A stretch of 64,000 nt of DNA from Patescibacteria group bacterium (GTDB lineage: Bacteria; Patescibacteriota; JABMPQ01; JAQVVF01): contig JBAZSC010000003.1 in assembly GCA_041662665.1 (NCBI GenBank), forward strand, positions 143,115 to 207,114, written 5' to 3'. The translations under genes and the position numbers were made by a program. Numbering within the stretch: the stretch's first letter is position 1; every line of letters begins with the position of its first letter. Shown one piece after another: positions 1 to 8,756 of this stretch. Below the pieces are notes generated by a model. That model was not told the DNA's origin, searched no databases, and was given only the letters and a program-made list of their open reading frames with translations.

Positions 1-1
1 T

Positions 2-1192
2 TTAGATAAATATTTTCAAATTGCGCCATGTTTTCGAGATGAAGATCCAAGAGCTGATCGTCATCCTGGTGATTTTTATCAAATTGATTTGGAGATGTCT
101 TTTGTTGAACAAGAAGATATTTGGAAAGTTATTGAGCCTTTGATGATTGAATTGACTGAAAAATTCTCAGATAAAAAAATAATTACAAAACCTTTTCCAA
201 GATTTACTTACAAAGAAGTAATGAGCAAATATGGATCTGACAAGCCGGATTTGAGATTTGATTTTGAAATAAAAGATATTTCGGATATTGTTAAAGATTG
301 TAAGTTCAAGGTTTTTAGTGATGCTGTAAAAAATGGTGGAGTTGTTAAAGCTCTAAATATAGAGGGTGGCGCTAAATTTTCAAGAAGTGAAATTGATAGT
401 TTAACGGATATTGCAAGAAGTAAAGGAGCAAAAGGGCTGGCTTATATCGTTGTTACTGGACCAAGTGATACTGATATTGCCAAGGGAACTTGTAAAATAG
501 AAGGCTATGATTTTTCTCTAAAATCTCCAATAGCAAAATTTTTGGATTACGAAGTGTTAATAAAAATAGTTAAAGAGCTAAAACCAAAAAATGGCGATAT
601 TATATTTTTTGGTGCTGATGTTTGGAAAACTGCTTGTACGTCTTTGGGAGCTGTTAGAGAAGAATGTGGTAAAAAATTAGGATTAAAAGATCCAAAAAAA
701 GCAGCTTGGCTGTGGATTTATGATTATCCAATGTATGATATGTCAGAATTAGAGCCTGGCAAAATTGATTTTTCACATAATCCTTTTTCGATGCCTCAAG
801 GTGGTATTAAAGCTTTGGAAGAAAAAGATCCATTAGAAATTTTAGCTTATCAATATGATATTGTTTGCAATGGATTTGAAGTAAGCTCTGGCGCAATTAG
901 AAACCATGATCCAAAAACAATGTACAAGGCTTTTGAAATTGCTGGATATTCAAAAGAAGATGTTGATTCTAAATTCGGTCATATGATTAAAGCTTTTGAA
1001 TTTGGCGCTCCTCCTCATGGTGGTTGCGCTCCTGGATTTGATAGATTGATGATGATATTATTAGAGTGTTCAAGTATTCGTGATATTTATGCTTTTCCAA
1101 AAAATGGTAAGGGGCAAGATGTCATGTTAGGCGCTCCATCTGTTGTTTCTGAAAAACAATTGAAGGAATTACATTTGAAAATAGTTGACTAG
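2..1192 (+). CDS. aspS: Aspartyl-tRNA synthetase, C-terminal part (5' end lies outside the window)
   Basis: The frame is open from nt 2. It carries the class II motifs FRDEDPRADRHPGDFYQID and GAPPHGGCAPGFDRLMMIL (motif 3). The track ORF 89..1192 is the same frame from an internal TTG. Confidence 0.9.
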   Translation, partial: LDKYFQIAPCFRDEDPRADRHPGDFYQIDLEMSFVEQEDIWKVIEPLMIELTEKFSDKKIITKPFPRFTYKEVMSKYGSDKPDLRFDFEIKDISDIVKDCKFKVFSDAVKNGGVVKALNIEGGAKFSRSEIDSLTDIARSKGAKGLAYIVVTGPSDTDIAKGTCKIEGYDFSLKSPIAKFLDYEVLIKIVKELKPKNGDIIFFGADVWKTACTSLGAVREECGKKLGLKDPKKAAWLWIYDYPMYDMSELEPGKIDFSHNPFSMPQGGIKALEEKDPLEILAYQYDIVCNGFEVSSGAIRNHDPKTMYKAFEIAGYSKEDVDSKFGHMIKAFEFGAPPHGGCAPGFDRLMMILLECSSIRDIYAFPKNGKGQDVMLGAPSVVSEKQLKELHLKIVD

Positions 1193-1201
1193 GGCTTATA
1201 A

Positions 1202-1226
1202 CCTTCTACCCTGCCCACGGCAGGGG
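1202..1226. repeat. GC-rich hairpin repeat CTTCTACCCTGCCCAYGGCAGGGG (copy A, intergenic after aspS)
   Basis: ccttctaccctgcccacggcagggg, with a 7-bp stem ccctgcc/ggcaggg. A degenerate partial copy tttgccatgggcaaa lies at 1250-1264. Confidence 0.7.
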
Positions 1227-1298
1227 TTTAGTAGGTGTGAAAAACTACCTTTGCCATGGGCAAAGTAGAATATTTTTAAAAATTAAAAACAAAAAATT

Positions 1299-2663
1299 AT
1301 GTTGAAGAAAATTATTTTTTCTTTGCTGGCATTGGTATTCATTCTGCCATTTTATTGCAGTGCAGATGGAGGTATATTACCGCCACCAGATTATTATGTT
1401 CGAGAAGACAGTCAAAAAGCAGTTATTGTGTATGATCAAGGTCTTGAAACTTTGATTTTGTCTGTTGAATTTTCTGGCGATGCAAAACAATTTGGTTGGG
1501 TGATTCCAACTCCAACTAGACCAGAAGTTTCAAAGTCTTCGGATGAGCTTTTTAAATCGTTAGATGATTTGACAGGTCAAACAAGAATATATGATCAAAA
1601 TTATGGTTTGGGAGTTGCGCCAATGGCTGAAAAAGAAGGCGTGACTGTTTTAGAAAGAAAGAAAATTGATATTTATGATATTGCAGTTTTAGAGTCAACT
1701 AGTTCTAAAGATTTAGCGACTTGGCTAAAAGATAATGGCTTTCAATATCCAGAAAATGAAGCTTATATTTTTGATGATTATATTAAGAATAATTGGGTAT
1801 TTACAGCTGTAAAGGTTCAGGCAGAGTTTTTGGATACTGTCGCTTCAAAAAGACTAAGCGAGGGTCGAGCAACTCCTTTGCAATTAGTTTTTAAATCAGA
1901 AAATATTGTTTATCCTTTAAAAATTTCGGCTGTTCAAGTTGAAAAAGCAAAACAAAAAAATGCAAATCAGATTTTGGATGACGAAAAAGATTTGTATACA
2001 ATTCAAGGCGAGACTGCTGTTTTGAAAGATGATTATATGTCAATTTATTATCCGCCAACTGAACCATATGTTGGAATTACTTTGTATGTTTTGGCAGATC
2101 ATAAAAAAAATGTACCAGGATTTACGACTGATTATGCAGGATTTGTGATGCCAAAACAGATTGAAAATTGGGCAGTTGTTTCTGGCAAGCCTTGGATGCA
2201 AACTTCTAAAAAATATTTTTTAACAAAGCTCTATGATTCAATGACAATTTCAGAAATGACTGATGATTTGTATTTGCGTGATGCTGATAATAATAAAACA
2301 GTTGGAACTGGAGTTGATCAAGGCTGGAAAACAGTGGCAAAAGAAATTTTGTACTTTTTCTTATATTTAATAATTTGGATTATTTCTCCGATTGGAATTA
2401 TCTTTTTAATTGCGACGTTAATTCAATTTTTAGCAAAATCAAATGTGGCGCATATTATTGCATGGGTTTTTCAGATTTTGATGTTTTTTGGAAATTTGAT
2501 TTTTGTAATTTTATTTAATTTAGCAAGTCTTGATACAACTTCAACATTTAAAATGTCTTTGGGATTAACTATTGCAAGTTATTTAACAATACTGATTATG
2601 ATAGTTGTTGCAATTTGTCAGGAAATGTATAAAAGAAAAAATTTGAACGAATTAAAAAAATAA
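1299..2663 (+). CDS. Hypothetical secreted or membrane-anchored protein with an N-terminal signal peptide and C-terminal TM helices
   Basis: 454 aa ORF. Hydrophobic N-terminus MLKKIIFSLLALVFILPFYCSA, and several hydrophobic helices in the last ~100 aa. Confidence 0.6.
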   Translation: MLKKIIFSLLALVFILPFYCSADGGILPPPDYYVREDSQKAVIVYDQGLETLILSVEFSGDAKQFGWVIPTPTRPEVSKSSDELFKSLDDLTGQTRIYDQNYGLGVAPMAEKEGVTVLERKKIDIYDIAVLESTSSKDLATWLKDNGFQYPENEAYIFDDYIKNNWVFTAVKVQAEFLDTVASKRLSEGRATPLQLVFKSENIVYPLKISAVQVEKAKQKNANQILDDEKDLYTIQGETAVLKDDYMSIYYPPTEPYVGITLYVLADHKKNVPGFTTDYAGFVMPKQIENWAVVSGKPWMQTSKKYFLTKLYDSMTISEMTDDLYLRDADNNKTVGTGVDQGWKTVAKEILYFFLYLIIWIISPIGIIFLIATLIQFLAKSNVAHIIAWVFQILMFFGNLIFVILFNLASLDTTSTFKMSLGLTIASYLTILIMIVVAICQEMYKRKNLNELKK

Positions 2664-2684
2664 ATAATAATTAATTATAAAATT

Positions 2685-3083
2685 ATGTCAGAAGGCGAGC
2701 CACAATTATCACAATCAGAAATAAAAGGTAGTACTAAAGGAAAAAGTATTACCAAAGAGGGAGAAAAAATGAGTTCAGAAGAATTATATCTTGAAGTAAA
2801 CGGATTGCTTCAAGCTTCTGCAGATGAATTGAGATCAATAAACCAAAAAAGGCAAGGAATGTTAGATAGGATAAAAGAGCTTGAACCAATGATAGAGGAA
2901 TGTATTGAAGTGTTAAGAGAAAAACACGAAGGTGAATATTTTGAGTATGTCAGCTTAAAAAGAGATTTGAAAGAATTATATACGCAGAAAGAAGTTATCT
3001 TTGAATTACAAAGGCAATTTGATAAATTTGCTGATCATTTAGCAAAATTAGTTTATGATATAAAGAAGAGGGAGACTAATTAA
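2685..3083 (+). CDS. Hypothetical small coiled-coil protein
   Basis: 132 aa ORF, charged and heptad-like. No recognisable domain. Confidence 0.45.
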   Translation: MSEGEPQLSQSEIKGSTKGKSITKEGEKMSSEELYLEVNGLLQASADELRSINQKRQGMLDRIKELEPMIEECIEVLREKHEGEYFEYVSLKRDLKELYTQKEVIFELQRQFDKFADHLAKLVYDIKKRETN

Positions 3084-3099
3084 TTTAAATTAATAAAAT

Positions 3100-3441
3100 A
3101 TGAAAGAAGGAAGAGAGCCAATAGAAGGCATAGAATATCAAGAAATTTATTCTAGATACAAAGTTGAAATTGAAAAATACAAAGAAGAAATTGCTCAATA
3201 TGATCTATTGATAAAACATGAAGAAGAAAGAATGGCTGTTGCAAAAGTTGATTTAAAAAAACATGCTGATGATAAAAATCTATATGACTATATTCTAGAT
3301 AATTATGAGACACTCATGTTTCTTCGCGAAGAAAATATTATGTTAAGAAAAAGGGCAATCGATGAAATAGATCGTCTTGAAAAAATGGATAAAATTACAA
3401 CAAAAATGGCTTTAAATGTTAAGAAAGATGTGACAAATTAA
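3100..3441 (+). CDS. Hypothetical small coiled-coil protein
   Basis: 113 aa ORF, K/E-rich. No recognisable domain. Confidence 0.45.
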   Translation: MKEGREPIEGIEYQEIYSRYKVEIEKYKEEIAQYDLLIKHEEERMAVAKVDLKKHADDKNLYDYILDNYETLMFLREENIMLRKRAIDEIDRLEKMDKITTKMALNVKKDVTN

Positions 3442-3445
3442 TTTT

Positions 3446-4015
3446 ATGATGAAGAAGTTTGAGAGTTTTCTAAAAAATAAAAAAGCAAAATATAAGGTAG
3501 TTTCGCATCGCAAGGTTTATACTGCTTGGGATAGTTCAGCGACACAACATATCAATATTAAAACTGTTGCAAAGACATTATTAGTTAAAGCAGATAATGA
3601 TTATTTTTTTGTTGTTTTATCTGCGAATAAAAAATTGGATATAAATAAGCTGAAGAAAATTATTAATGTTTGGCGTGTGAAAGAGGCTAAAACTTTAGAC
3701 AATATAAGAACTGCAACCACTAAAGCATCCGCCTTCGCTAAAGCTTCGGCGGACAGGCAAAAATTATTAAAAGCACAGAAAATTAAAAAAATTTCATTGT
3801 GTTCTGAAAATATTGTTAAGAAAAAAATTGTTGGCAAAGAAGGAGCGATGGCGCCATTCGGCAGTTTTTATGGTTATAAAACTTTTGTTGATTCATTGTT
3901 GTTAAAACAAAAGAAAATTAATTTAAATGCTGGTAGTTTTACTGAATCTCTGGAAATGACTCCAGCGAATTATAAAAAAGTAGAAGAACCAATTGTTGGA
4001 AGTTTTGGAAAATAA
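3446..4015 (+). CDS. YbaK/ProX-type aminoacyl-tRNA deacylase-like protein carrying an in-frame palindromic-element insertion
   Basis: KTLLVKADNDYFFVVLSANKKLDINKLKK and GAMAPFGSFYG resemble the YbaK/ProX editing domain. A GC-rich repeat at 3727-3756 encodes KASAFAKASADRQ. Confidence 0.55.
   Translation: MMKKFESFLKNKKAKYKVVSHRKVYTAWDSSATQHINIKTVAKTLLVKADNDYFFVVLSANKKLDINKLKKIINVWRVKEAKTLDNIRTATTKASAFAKASADRQKLLKAQKIKKISLCSENIVKKKIVGKEGAMAPFGSFYGYKTFVDSLLLKQKKINLNAGSFTESLEMTPANYKKVEEPIVGSFGK
3727..3756. repeat. Palindromic element copy 1 (TCCGCCTTCG...CTTCGGCGGACA family), in-frame inside a CDS
   Basis: tccgccttcgctaaagcttcggcggaca. The outer inverted repeat tccgcc/ggcgga is read directly from the sequence. 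Confidence 0.8.
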
Positions 4016-4090
4016 AGAATCGCGAATTTACACAAATTTTTCACAAATGATGCACTAATTATACGGATTAAAAAAATTTAAAAATTATAA

Positions 4091-4750
4091 ATGCGTGAAC
4101 AAGAAGCAATTCATGATGTTACAATGGAATCAGAAAAAAAATCTGAGTCTGGTTTAGAAATCGTTAAAAATGAAGATTCGGAAAAAGTTGTAGAAATTGC
4201 AAAAGATTTGAATGATAAAATAGATAAAAATGAACCAATTAAAGGTGAGGAAGTATTGGATTTAAGAGAGGCATTGCGAAAGATGAAGTTTGATTTTTAT
4301 GGTGAAAAAAAGACTGCAGATGAGATAAAGGAGATTCCTAACGTAAAAAGAAATATCGAAATATATGAAAATGGAGAAATTATAGATTTTGATGAAGTGA
4401 CTTATCTGCCAAAAGAAATTGCAGTCAAATTGATTGCAAAAGCAACCGAAGCAAATACAGCAATATTTTTAAGAGGTTTGCATTTTATTTCTGACGAAGT
4501 AGCATTATTACTTAGCAGATTTGTTGGTAATATTTATCTTGATGGTTTAGAAACAATTACTGATAAGCAAGCCGAATTGTTTTTGGAACATAGGGGAGGT
4601 ATTACTTTAAGCGGTTTAACTGATTTGTCAGATATTGGGGTTAGATACCTATCTCAAACTTCTGATTTTTATGATTTTCCACCAAAAATTAAAACAAGAA
4701 TTGAGAACTATAGAAATGCAGAAATACAACGTAAAATTAGAAAAATTTGA
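4091..4750 (+). CDS. Hypothetical protein
   Basis: 219 aa ORF, acidic N-terminus. No recognisable domain. Confidence 0.5.
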   Translation: MREQEAIHDVTMESEKKSESGLEIVKNEDSEKVVEIAKDLNDKIDKNEPIKGEEVLDLREALRKMKFDFYGEKKTADEIKEIPNVKRNIEIYENGEIIDFDEVTYLPKEIAVKLIAKATEANTAIFLRGLHFISDEVALLLSRFVGNIYLDGLETITDKQAELFLEHRGGITLSGLTDLSDIGVRYLSQTSDFYDFPPKIKTRIENYRNAEIQRKIRKI

Positions 4751-5417
4751 AGGGCCTTTGGATTTACTTTTGGATTTGATTGAAAAAGAAAAAATGGATA
4801 TTACTCATGTTTCATTATCAAAAGTAACAGATGATTATCTAAAATATTTAGAAAATTCAGAGGAAATTAGTCCAGCATTGTTGGCTGATTTTTTGCATGT
4901 GGCAGCACAATTGATTTTGATAAAATCAAGAAACTTATTGCCAGAAATTAATTTAGGAACAGATGAAGAAGTTTCAGCTGCAGAATTGCAAGCTAGATTG
5001 TTGGAATACAAGAAATATAAAGATTTGTCATTAAAAATTCAAGAATTATATGGCAAAAATATTTCTTTTGAACAAAAATTTAGTTTGCAAAAAATCGATG
5101 CTTTCTATCCAGGAAAAACTTTGAATTTAAATAATATGAACTTAGCTTTGTCTGAATTACTTGGTAGATTTGAAAAAATAGAAATATTGGAAAAGAAAAC
5201 AATCAAAAAGGCAGTGTCAATCAAAGAAAAAATTGTTTTTATAAAAGGATTGATTTTGAAGCAAGCAAAATTTAAATTTCATGATTTAATTAAAAATAAA
5301 AAATCAAAGTCTGAAACAATTGTTTCTTTTTTGGCATTGCTGGAATTGAATAAACAGCATTGCTTAAATATCTCGCAAGAAAATATTTTTGGAGATATAC
5401 TTATAAATCGCGACTAG
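4716..5417 (+). CDS. scpA: Segregation and condensation protein A (ScpA)
   Basis: The N-terminal LEKFEGPLDLLLDLIEKEKMDITHVSLSKVTDDYLKYL is the ScpA signature. Start chosen at the internal ATG 4716; the track ORF extends back to 4635. Confidence 0.8.
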   Translation: MQKYNVKLEKFEGPLDLLLDLIEKEKMDITHVSLSKVTDDYLKYLENSEEISPALLADFLHVAAQLILIKSRNLLPEINLGTDEEVSAAELQARLLEYKKYKDLSLKIQELYGKNISFEQKFSLQKIDAFYPGKTLNLNNMNLALSELLGRFEKIEILEKKTIKKAVSIKEKIVFIKGLILKQAKFKFHDLIKNKKSKSETIVSFLALLELNKQHCLNISQENIFGDILINRD

Positions 5418-5451
5418 ATATTCGGATATTACGATATTCGGATATTAGAAA
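5417..5451. repeat. ATATTCGGATATTA tandem motif (locus 1 of 3), between scpA and scpB
   Basis: atattcggatattacgatattcggatattagaaat. Confidence 0.65.
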
Positions 5452-5462
5452 TAAAAATATTT

Positions 5463-6026
5463 ATGCTAAACCTACACAGTGCATTAGAATCATTGATATT
5501 TGCATCAGGAAAACCAATTGAGATAAAAAAATTGGGAAAGATTTGCAATGTTGAAGAAAAAAAAGTTCAAGAGACTTTAAAAATTTTGAATAGAGAATAC
5601 GAAAAAAATGATCGAGGTTTAAGATTAATTTTGCAATCTGATGTTGTGCAAATGGTAACAAATCCAAAGAATTCTGAAATAGTAAAAAGTTTGTCATCTA
5701 GTGAGCTGGCTGAAGATTTGTCAGCTGTTTCTTTAGAAAGTTTGACTATTATTGCATATAAAGGTCCGATTACTCGAGCAGAGCTTGAAGCAATTCGCGG
5801 AGTTAATTGTTTGTATGTATTAAGGAATTTGTTGATCAGAGGTTTGATTGAAAAAAAACAGCATCCAAAAGACTCAAGATTAGGAATATATGCAGTAACA
5901 ACAAAATTTTTAAGACATTTGGGATTAAATAAAATTTCTGATTTGCCAAATTATGAAGAAATGAAAGCAAAAATAATTCAACCTGTAAATGAAAAAAAAG
6001 ATGAACCTGTAGTTTTGGCAAAATAA
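5463..6026 (+). CDS. scpB: Segregation and condensation protein B (ScpB)
   Basis: LESLIFASGKPIEIKKL and tandem winged-helix-like repeats. Lies immediately downstream of scpA. Confidence 0.8.
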   Translation: MLNLHSALESLIFASGKPIEIKKLGKICNVEEKKVQETLKILNREYEKNDRGLRLILQSDVVQMVTNPKNSEIVKSLSSSELAEDLSAVSLESLTIIAYKGPITRAELEAIRGVNCLYVLRNLLIRGLIEKKQHPKDSRLGIYAVTTKFLRHLGLNKISDLPNYEEMKAKIIQPVNEKKDEPVVLAK

Positions 6027-6113
6027 AAATAGTCTTGACTGGTATTTGATTTTTGTAATAAAAATGGTGTAAACTTTAATATTACGGAAATTTTAAAAAA
6101 TAAAATAAAATCT

Positions 6114-6695
6114 ATGGGAAAGTATTTCAGACCGTCATGGGATGACTATTTCATGGCGATTGCAAAGATCGTAGGAACAAGGGGGACTTGCGACAGACTG
6201 AGAGCTGGAGCAGTATTGGTAAAAGACAAAAGAATTATTTCAACAGGTTATAATGGCGCTCCTCCAGAATTAGGACATTGTGATGATATTGGTCATTTGA
6301 TGGAAGAAGGTCATTGTGTTAGAACGATTCATGGCGAGCATAATGCTATTTTGCAAGCTGCAGTATTGGGTGGTATTTCAACTGTTGGGTCAACATTGTA
6401 TACTCTTTATAATCCTTGTATTCATTGTGCAAAATATGTGGTAATGGCTGGAGTAAAAAGAGTAGTTATCGGTCAGATTTATCGTGGTGAAAAAGCATTA
6501 GAATATTTGAAAAAAGCTGGTTTGGAAATTGAATCATATAAACCAAGTTCAGAGTGGGATCAAAATTTGTTAAAATTATTTTCAGCAGAAATAGAAAAAG
6601 TTGAAGCAAAAGAAGGAAATGTAAAATTAGTTGAAGATAGTAATAAAATTGATGATTTGAATATTGTTCAACCAAATCAGACGGTCGCACTCTAA
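6114..6695 (+). CDS. comEB: dCMP deaminase (ComEB/cytidine-deoxycytidylate deaminase family)
   Basis: The zinc-binding motifs HGEHNAI (HxE) and PCIHCAKYV (PCxxC), and WDDYFMAIAKIVGTRGTC at the N-terminus. Confidence 0.8.
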   Translation: MGKYFRPSWDDYFMAIAKIVGTRGTCDRLRAGAVLVKDKRIISTGYNGAPPELGHCDDIGHLMEEGHCVRTIHGEHNAILQAAVLGGISTVGSTLYTLYNPCIHCAKYVVMAGVKRVVIGQIYRGEKALEYLKKAGLEIESYKPSSEWDQNLLKLFSAEIEKVEAKEGNVKLVEDSNKIDDLNIVQPNQTVAL

Positions 6696-6747
6696 TATGT
6701 TTTCGAATGTTTGCGAATTTATTTTCTAATTAACTAATTGAACTAAA

Positions 6748-7326
6748 ATGAAGCATAAAGTGATTGCTGTTGTAGGGATGCCAGGAGCGGGCAAAACTGA
6801 AGCAGCGATGTATTTATTAAAAAAAGGATTAAACAGAGTCTATTTTGGTGATTGTTGTTTTGATGAGATTAAAAAGAGAGGTTTAAAAACAAATGCCAAA
6901 ATTGAAAAAGAAATCAGAGAAGAATTAAGAAAAAAACATGGAATGGGTGCATTTGCAATTCTTTCAATGCCAAAAGTAAAAGATGCTTATAAAAAAGGAG
7001 ATGTAGTAATTGAAAGCATGTATTCTTGGGATGAATACAAAATAGTTAAAGACAAATTTAAGAATGATTTTAAAGTTATTGCAATTTGTGCTAACACTGA
7101 ACTTCGACACAAGAGATTAACAGGTAGAAAAGAATTGAAGCATGGTGTTGCTCGAAAATTTTCTTTGAAAGATGCAGCTGAAAGAGATTTTGTTCAAATC
7201 GAAAATATTGCAACAGGCGGACCGATTGCAATTGCTGATTACATTATTTTGAATGAAGGATCAAAGAAATCATTATTTGAAAATTTGGATAAAATTTTAA
7301 AAAAGTTAAAAGTAAGAATTAAGTAA
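6748..7326 (+). CDS. P-loop nucleotide/nucleoside kinase family protein (dNMP-kinase-like)
   Basis: Walker A VGMPGAGKTEAA at the N-terminus, ~190 aa. Sits next to dCMP deaminase. Confidence 0.45.
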   Translation: MKHKVIAVVGMPGAGKTEAAMYLLKKGLNRVYFGDCCFDEIKKRGLKTNAKIEKEIREELRKKHGMGAFAILSMPKVKDAYKKGDVVIESMYSWDEYKIVKDKFKNDFKVIAICANTELRHKRLTGRKELKHGVARKFSLKDAAERDFVQIENIATGGPIAIADYIILNEGSKKSLFENLDKILKKLKVRIK

Positions 7327-7338
7327 TTTTTTAAGATA

Positions 7339-7368
7339 AAAGTCCTGCAAGAAACAGGACTTTTTTAT
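7339..7368 (+). terminator. Rho-independent terminator
   Basis: gtcctg-caagaaa-caggac followed by TTTTTT. Confidence 0.75.
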
Positions 7369-7422
7369 TGCTAAAAAACGTATTATTGGATAGAATTATG
7401 CTGAATTAATTAATATTTTTTT

Positions 7423-8661
7423 ATGATATTTGCACATGCGCCCGCAGGATATTTGATATTAAGATTCACAGAAAAATTTTGGAATAAGAAAAAAATTTTC
7501 AAAAAGAAAAAAAGATTGGTTTTATATTTAATTGGAATCATATTTTCTATTTTTCCTGATTTTGATTTGTTTTACCATTATTTTTATTCTGCGAACACTC
7601 CACATCGTCAGTATATTTCGCATGGAATTATTGTTTATCTTGTTTTGTTTTTGTTGATTTACTTGATTGGATTATTAGCAAAAAAACAGTTTATTAAATC
7701 AATTGCTTGGGTGATTTTGCTTGGTGTTTCTACTCATTTATTTCTAGATACTATTGCGTCTGGAATTGCTATTTTTACTCCATTATCTTCTATGATGATT
7801 GGATTAAGATCAATCTGGTTTTTAAAATACAGTTTTTTTACAACAAATTTGTTTTTGATAAATTGTTCTTTAGAATTGTTAATTACTCTTTTTGCGATTG
7901 ATGTTTTTGTCCATGATTTTGTTAAAAATGCAAAATTAAAATTAGGAATTTTTATTGCAAGTATTATAATTTTTATTTCTGGATTTATCGGTTTAGCTTA
8001 TGTGAATGCGCATATTTATAATGGCGGACATTTTGATGCTTATTTTGAAGATAATGACCATGATGGAATTATAAATTTGGTTGATTTTGATATTGATGGT
8101 AATGGAATTTTAAATATTAATGATGCAGATGCTAATGGAAATGGCTTTTCTAATAAAGAAGATATTTTGAGCGCGACAAATTTGATGATTGGCAGATGGT
8201 ACGATTTTACAGAAGGAAGTTGGGGCGAGCTTTTTTCTAGATGGGGATTATTAACAAATTCTGATTTGATATCAAAAACATATGAAGCAGCTGGAATTTA
8301 TTTTCAAACAGAATTTGATAAAGATTACAAAAATAATCCAAATGACTATGTTGGCGTACCTGATGATCCATTGTTTGATCGAAGGACAGAAAATATTTAT
8401 GCATTTTGTAAACATAATGATCGATTGTTTGATGGTAAGAATTTGGAAGTTGGAGATATTGTATTTTTTAATCTACCTTCGTCTGCTGACTCCGGTGGAC
8501 AAGGTAATGGTTTGGCAGGATTAGTAACTTCATTTGATAAAAATAAGGAAACTGATATAATAATAGGGGAACCTGGTAAGATGATATATGAAGAAAATTT
8601 AAACGTTTTGAATGAAAAAATGAATGGCGTAAAAGCATATTGTCGCATAGTTAAAAATTAA
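7423..8661 (+). CDS. Polytopic membrane protein with Dx[DN]xDG calcium-binding-like repeats and a C-terminal soluble domain
   Basis: At least 5 hydrophobic helices in the first 190 aa. Repeats DNDHDGIINLVDFDIDGNGILNINDADANGNG follow, then a C-terminal domain of unknown function. Confidence 0.6.
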   Translation: MIFAHAPAGYLILRFTEKFWNKKKIFKKKKRLVLYLIGIIFSIFPDFDLFYHYFYSANTPHRQYISHGIIVYLVLFLLIYLIGLLAKKQFIKSIAWVILLGVSTHLFLDTIASGIAIFTPLSSMMIGLRSIWFLKYSFFTTNLFLINCSLELLITLFAIDVFVHDFVKNAKLKLGIFIASIIIFISGFIGLAYVNAHIYNGGHFDAYFEDNDHDGIINLVDFDIDGNGILNINDADANGNGFSNKEDILSATNLMIGRWYDFTEGSWGELFSRWGLLTNSDLISKTYEAAGIYFQTEFDKDYKNNPNDYVGVPDDPLFDRRTENIYAFCKHNDRLFDGKNLEVGDIVFFNLPSSADSGGQGNGLAGLVTSFDKNKETDIIIGEPGKMIYEENLNVLNEKMNGVKAYCRIVKN

Positions 8662-8677
8662 TAAAATAATTTTATAG

Positions 8678-8740
8678 GATTGTTAAATTGTTTCATTGTT
8701 AAATTGTTAGCTAAAAAGTTAACAATTTATCAATTTAACA
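8678..8740. repeat. TTGTTAAATTGTT motif cluster (2 direct copies plus 1 inverted), upstream of the CBS gene
   Basis: The exact 13-mer ttgttaaattgtt occurs at 8680 and 8696. Further exact copies are at 47724 and 53834. Confidence 0.55.
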
Positions 8741-8756
8741 TTAAGCAATAAATGCT

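Noticed and set aside
3601-3837. Antisense ORFs 3601..3837, 5461..5697, 5836..6021, 6466..6690, 8397..8648, 9994..10185, 10347..10553, 10638..11069, 11649..11998 and many similar ones
   Set aside because: They are embedded antisense within well-supported genes, are low-complexity translations of AT-rich DNA, and have no start context. All are considered spurious.
4635-4715. Longer scpA start at 4635
   Set aside because: The conserved ScpA N-terminus LEKFEGPLDLL begins a few residues after ATG 4716, and the longer form would overlap the upstream gene by 116 nt.
6040-6075. Putative sigma70-like promoter TTGACT-N15-TAATAA upstream of the dCMP deaminase gene
   Set aside because: The spacer is 15 nt and the -10 is a poor match. 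In DNA this AT-rich such matches arise by chance, so it is not reported as a feature.
7707-7901. Nested same-strand ORFs 7707..7901 and 8282..8524 inside the 7423..8661 gene
   Set aside because: They are alternative frames within a continuous 412-aa ORF, and a sense-strand overlap is unlikely to be real.
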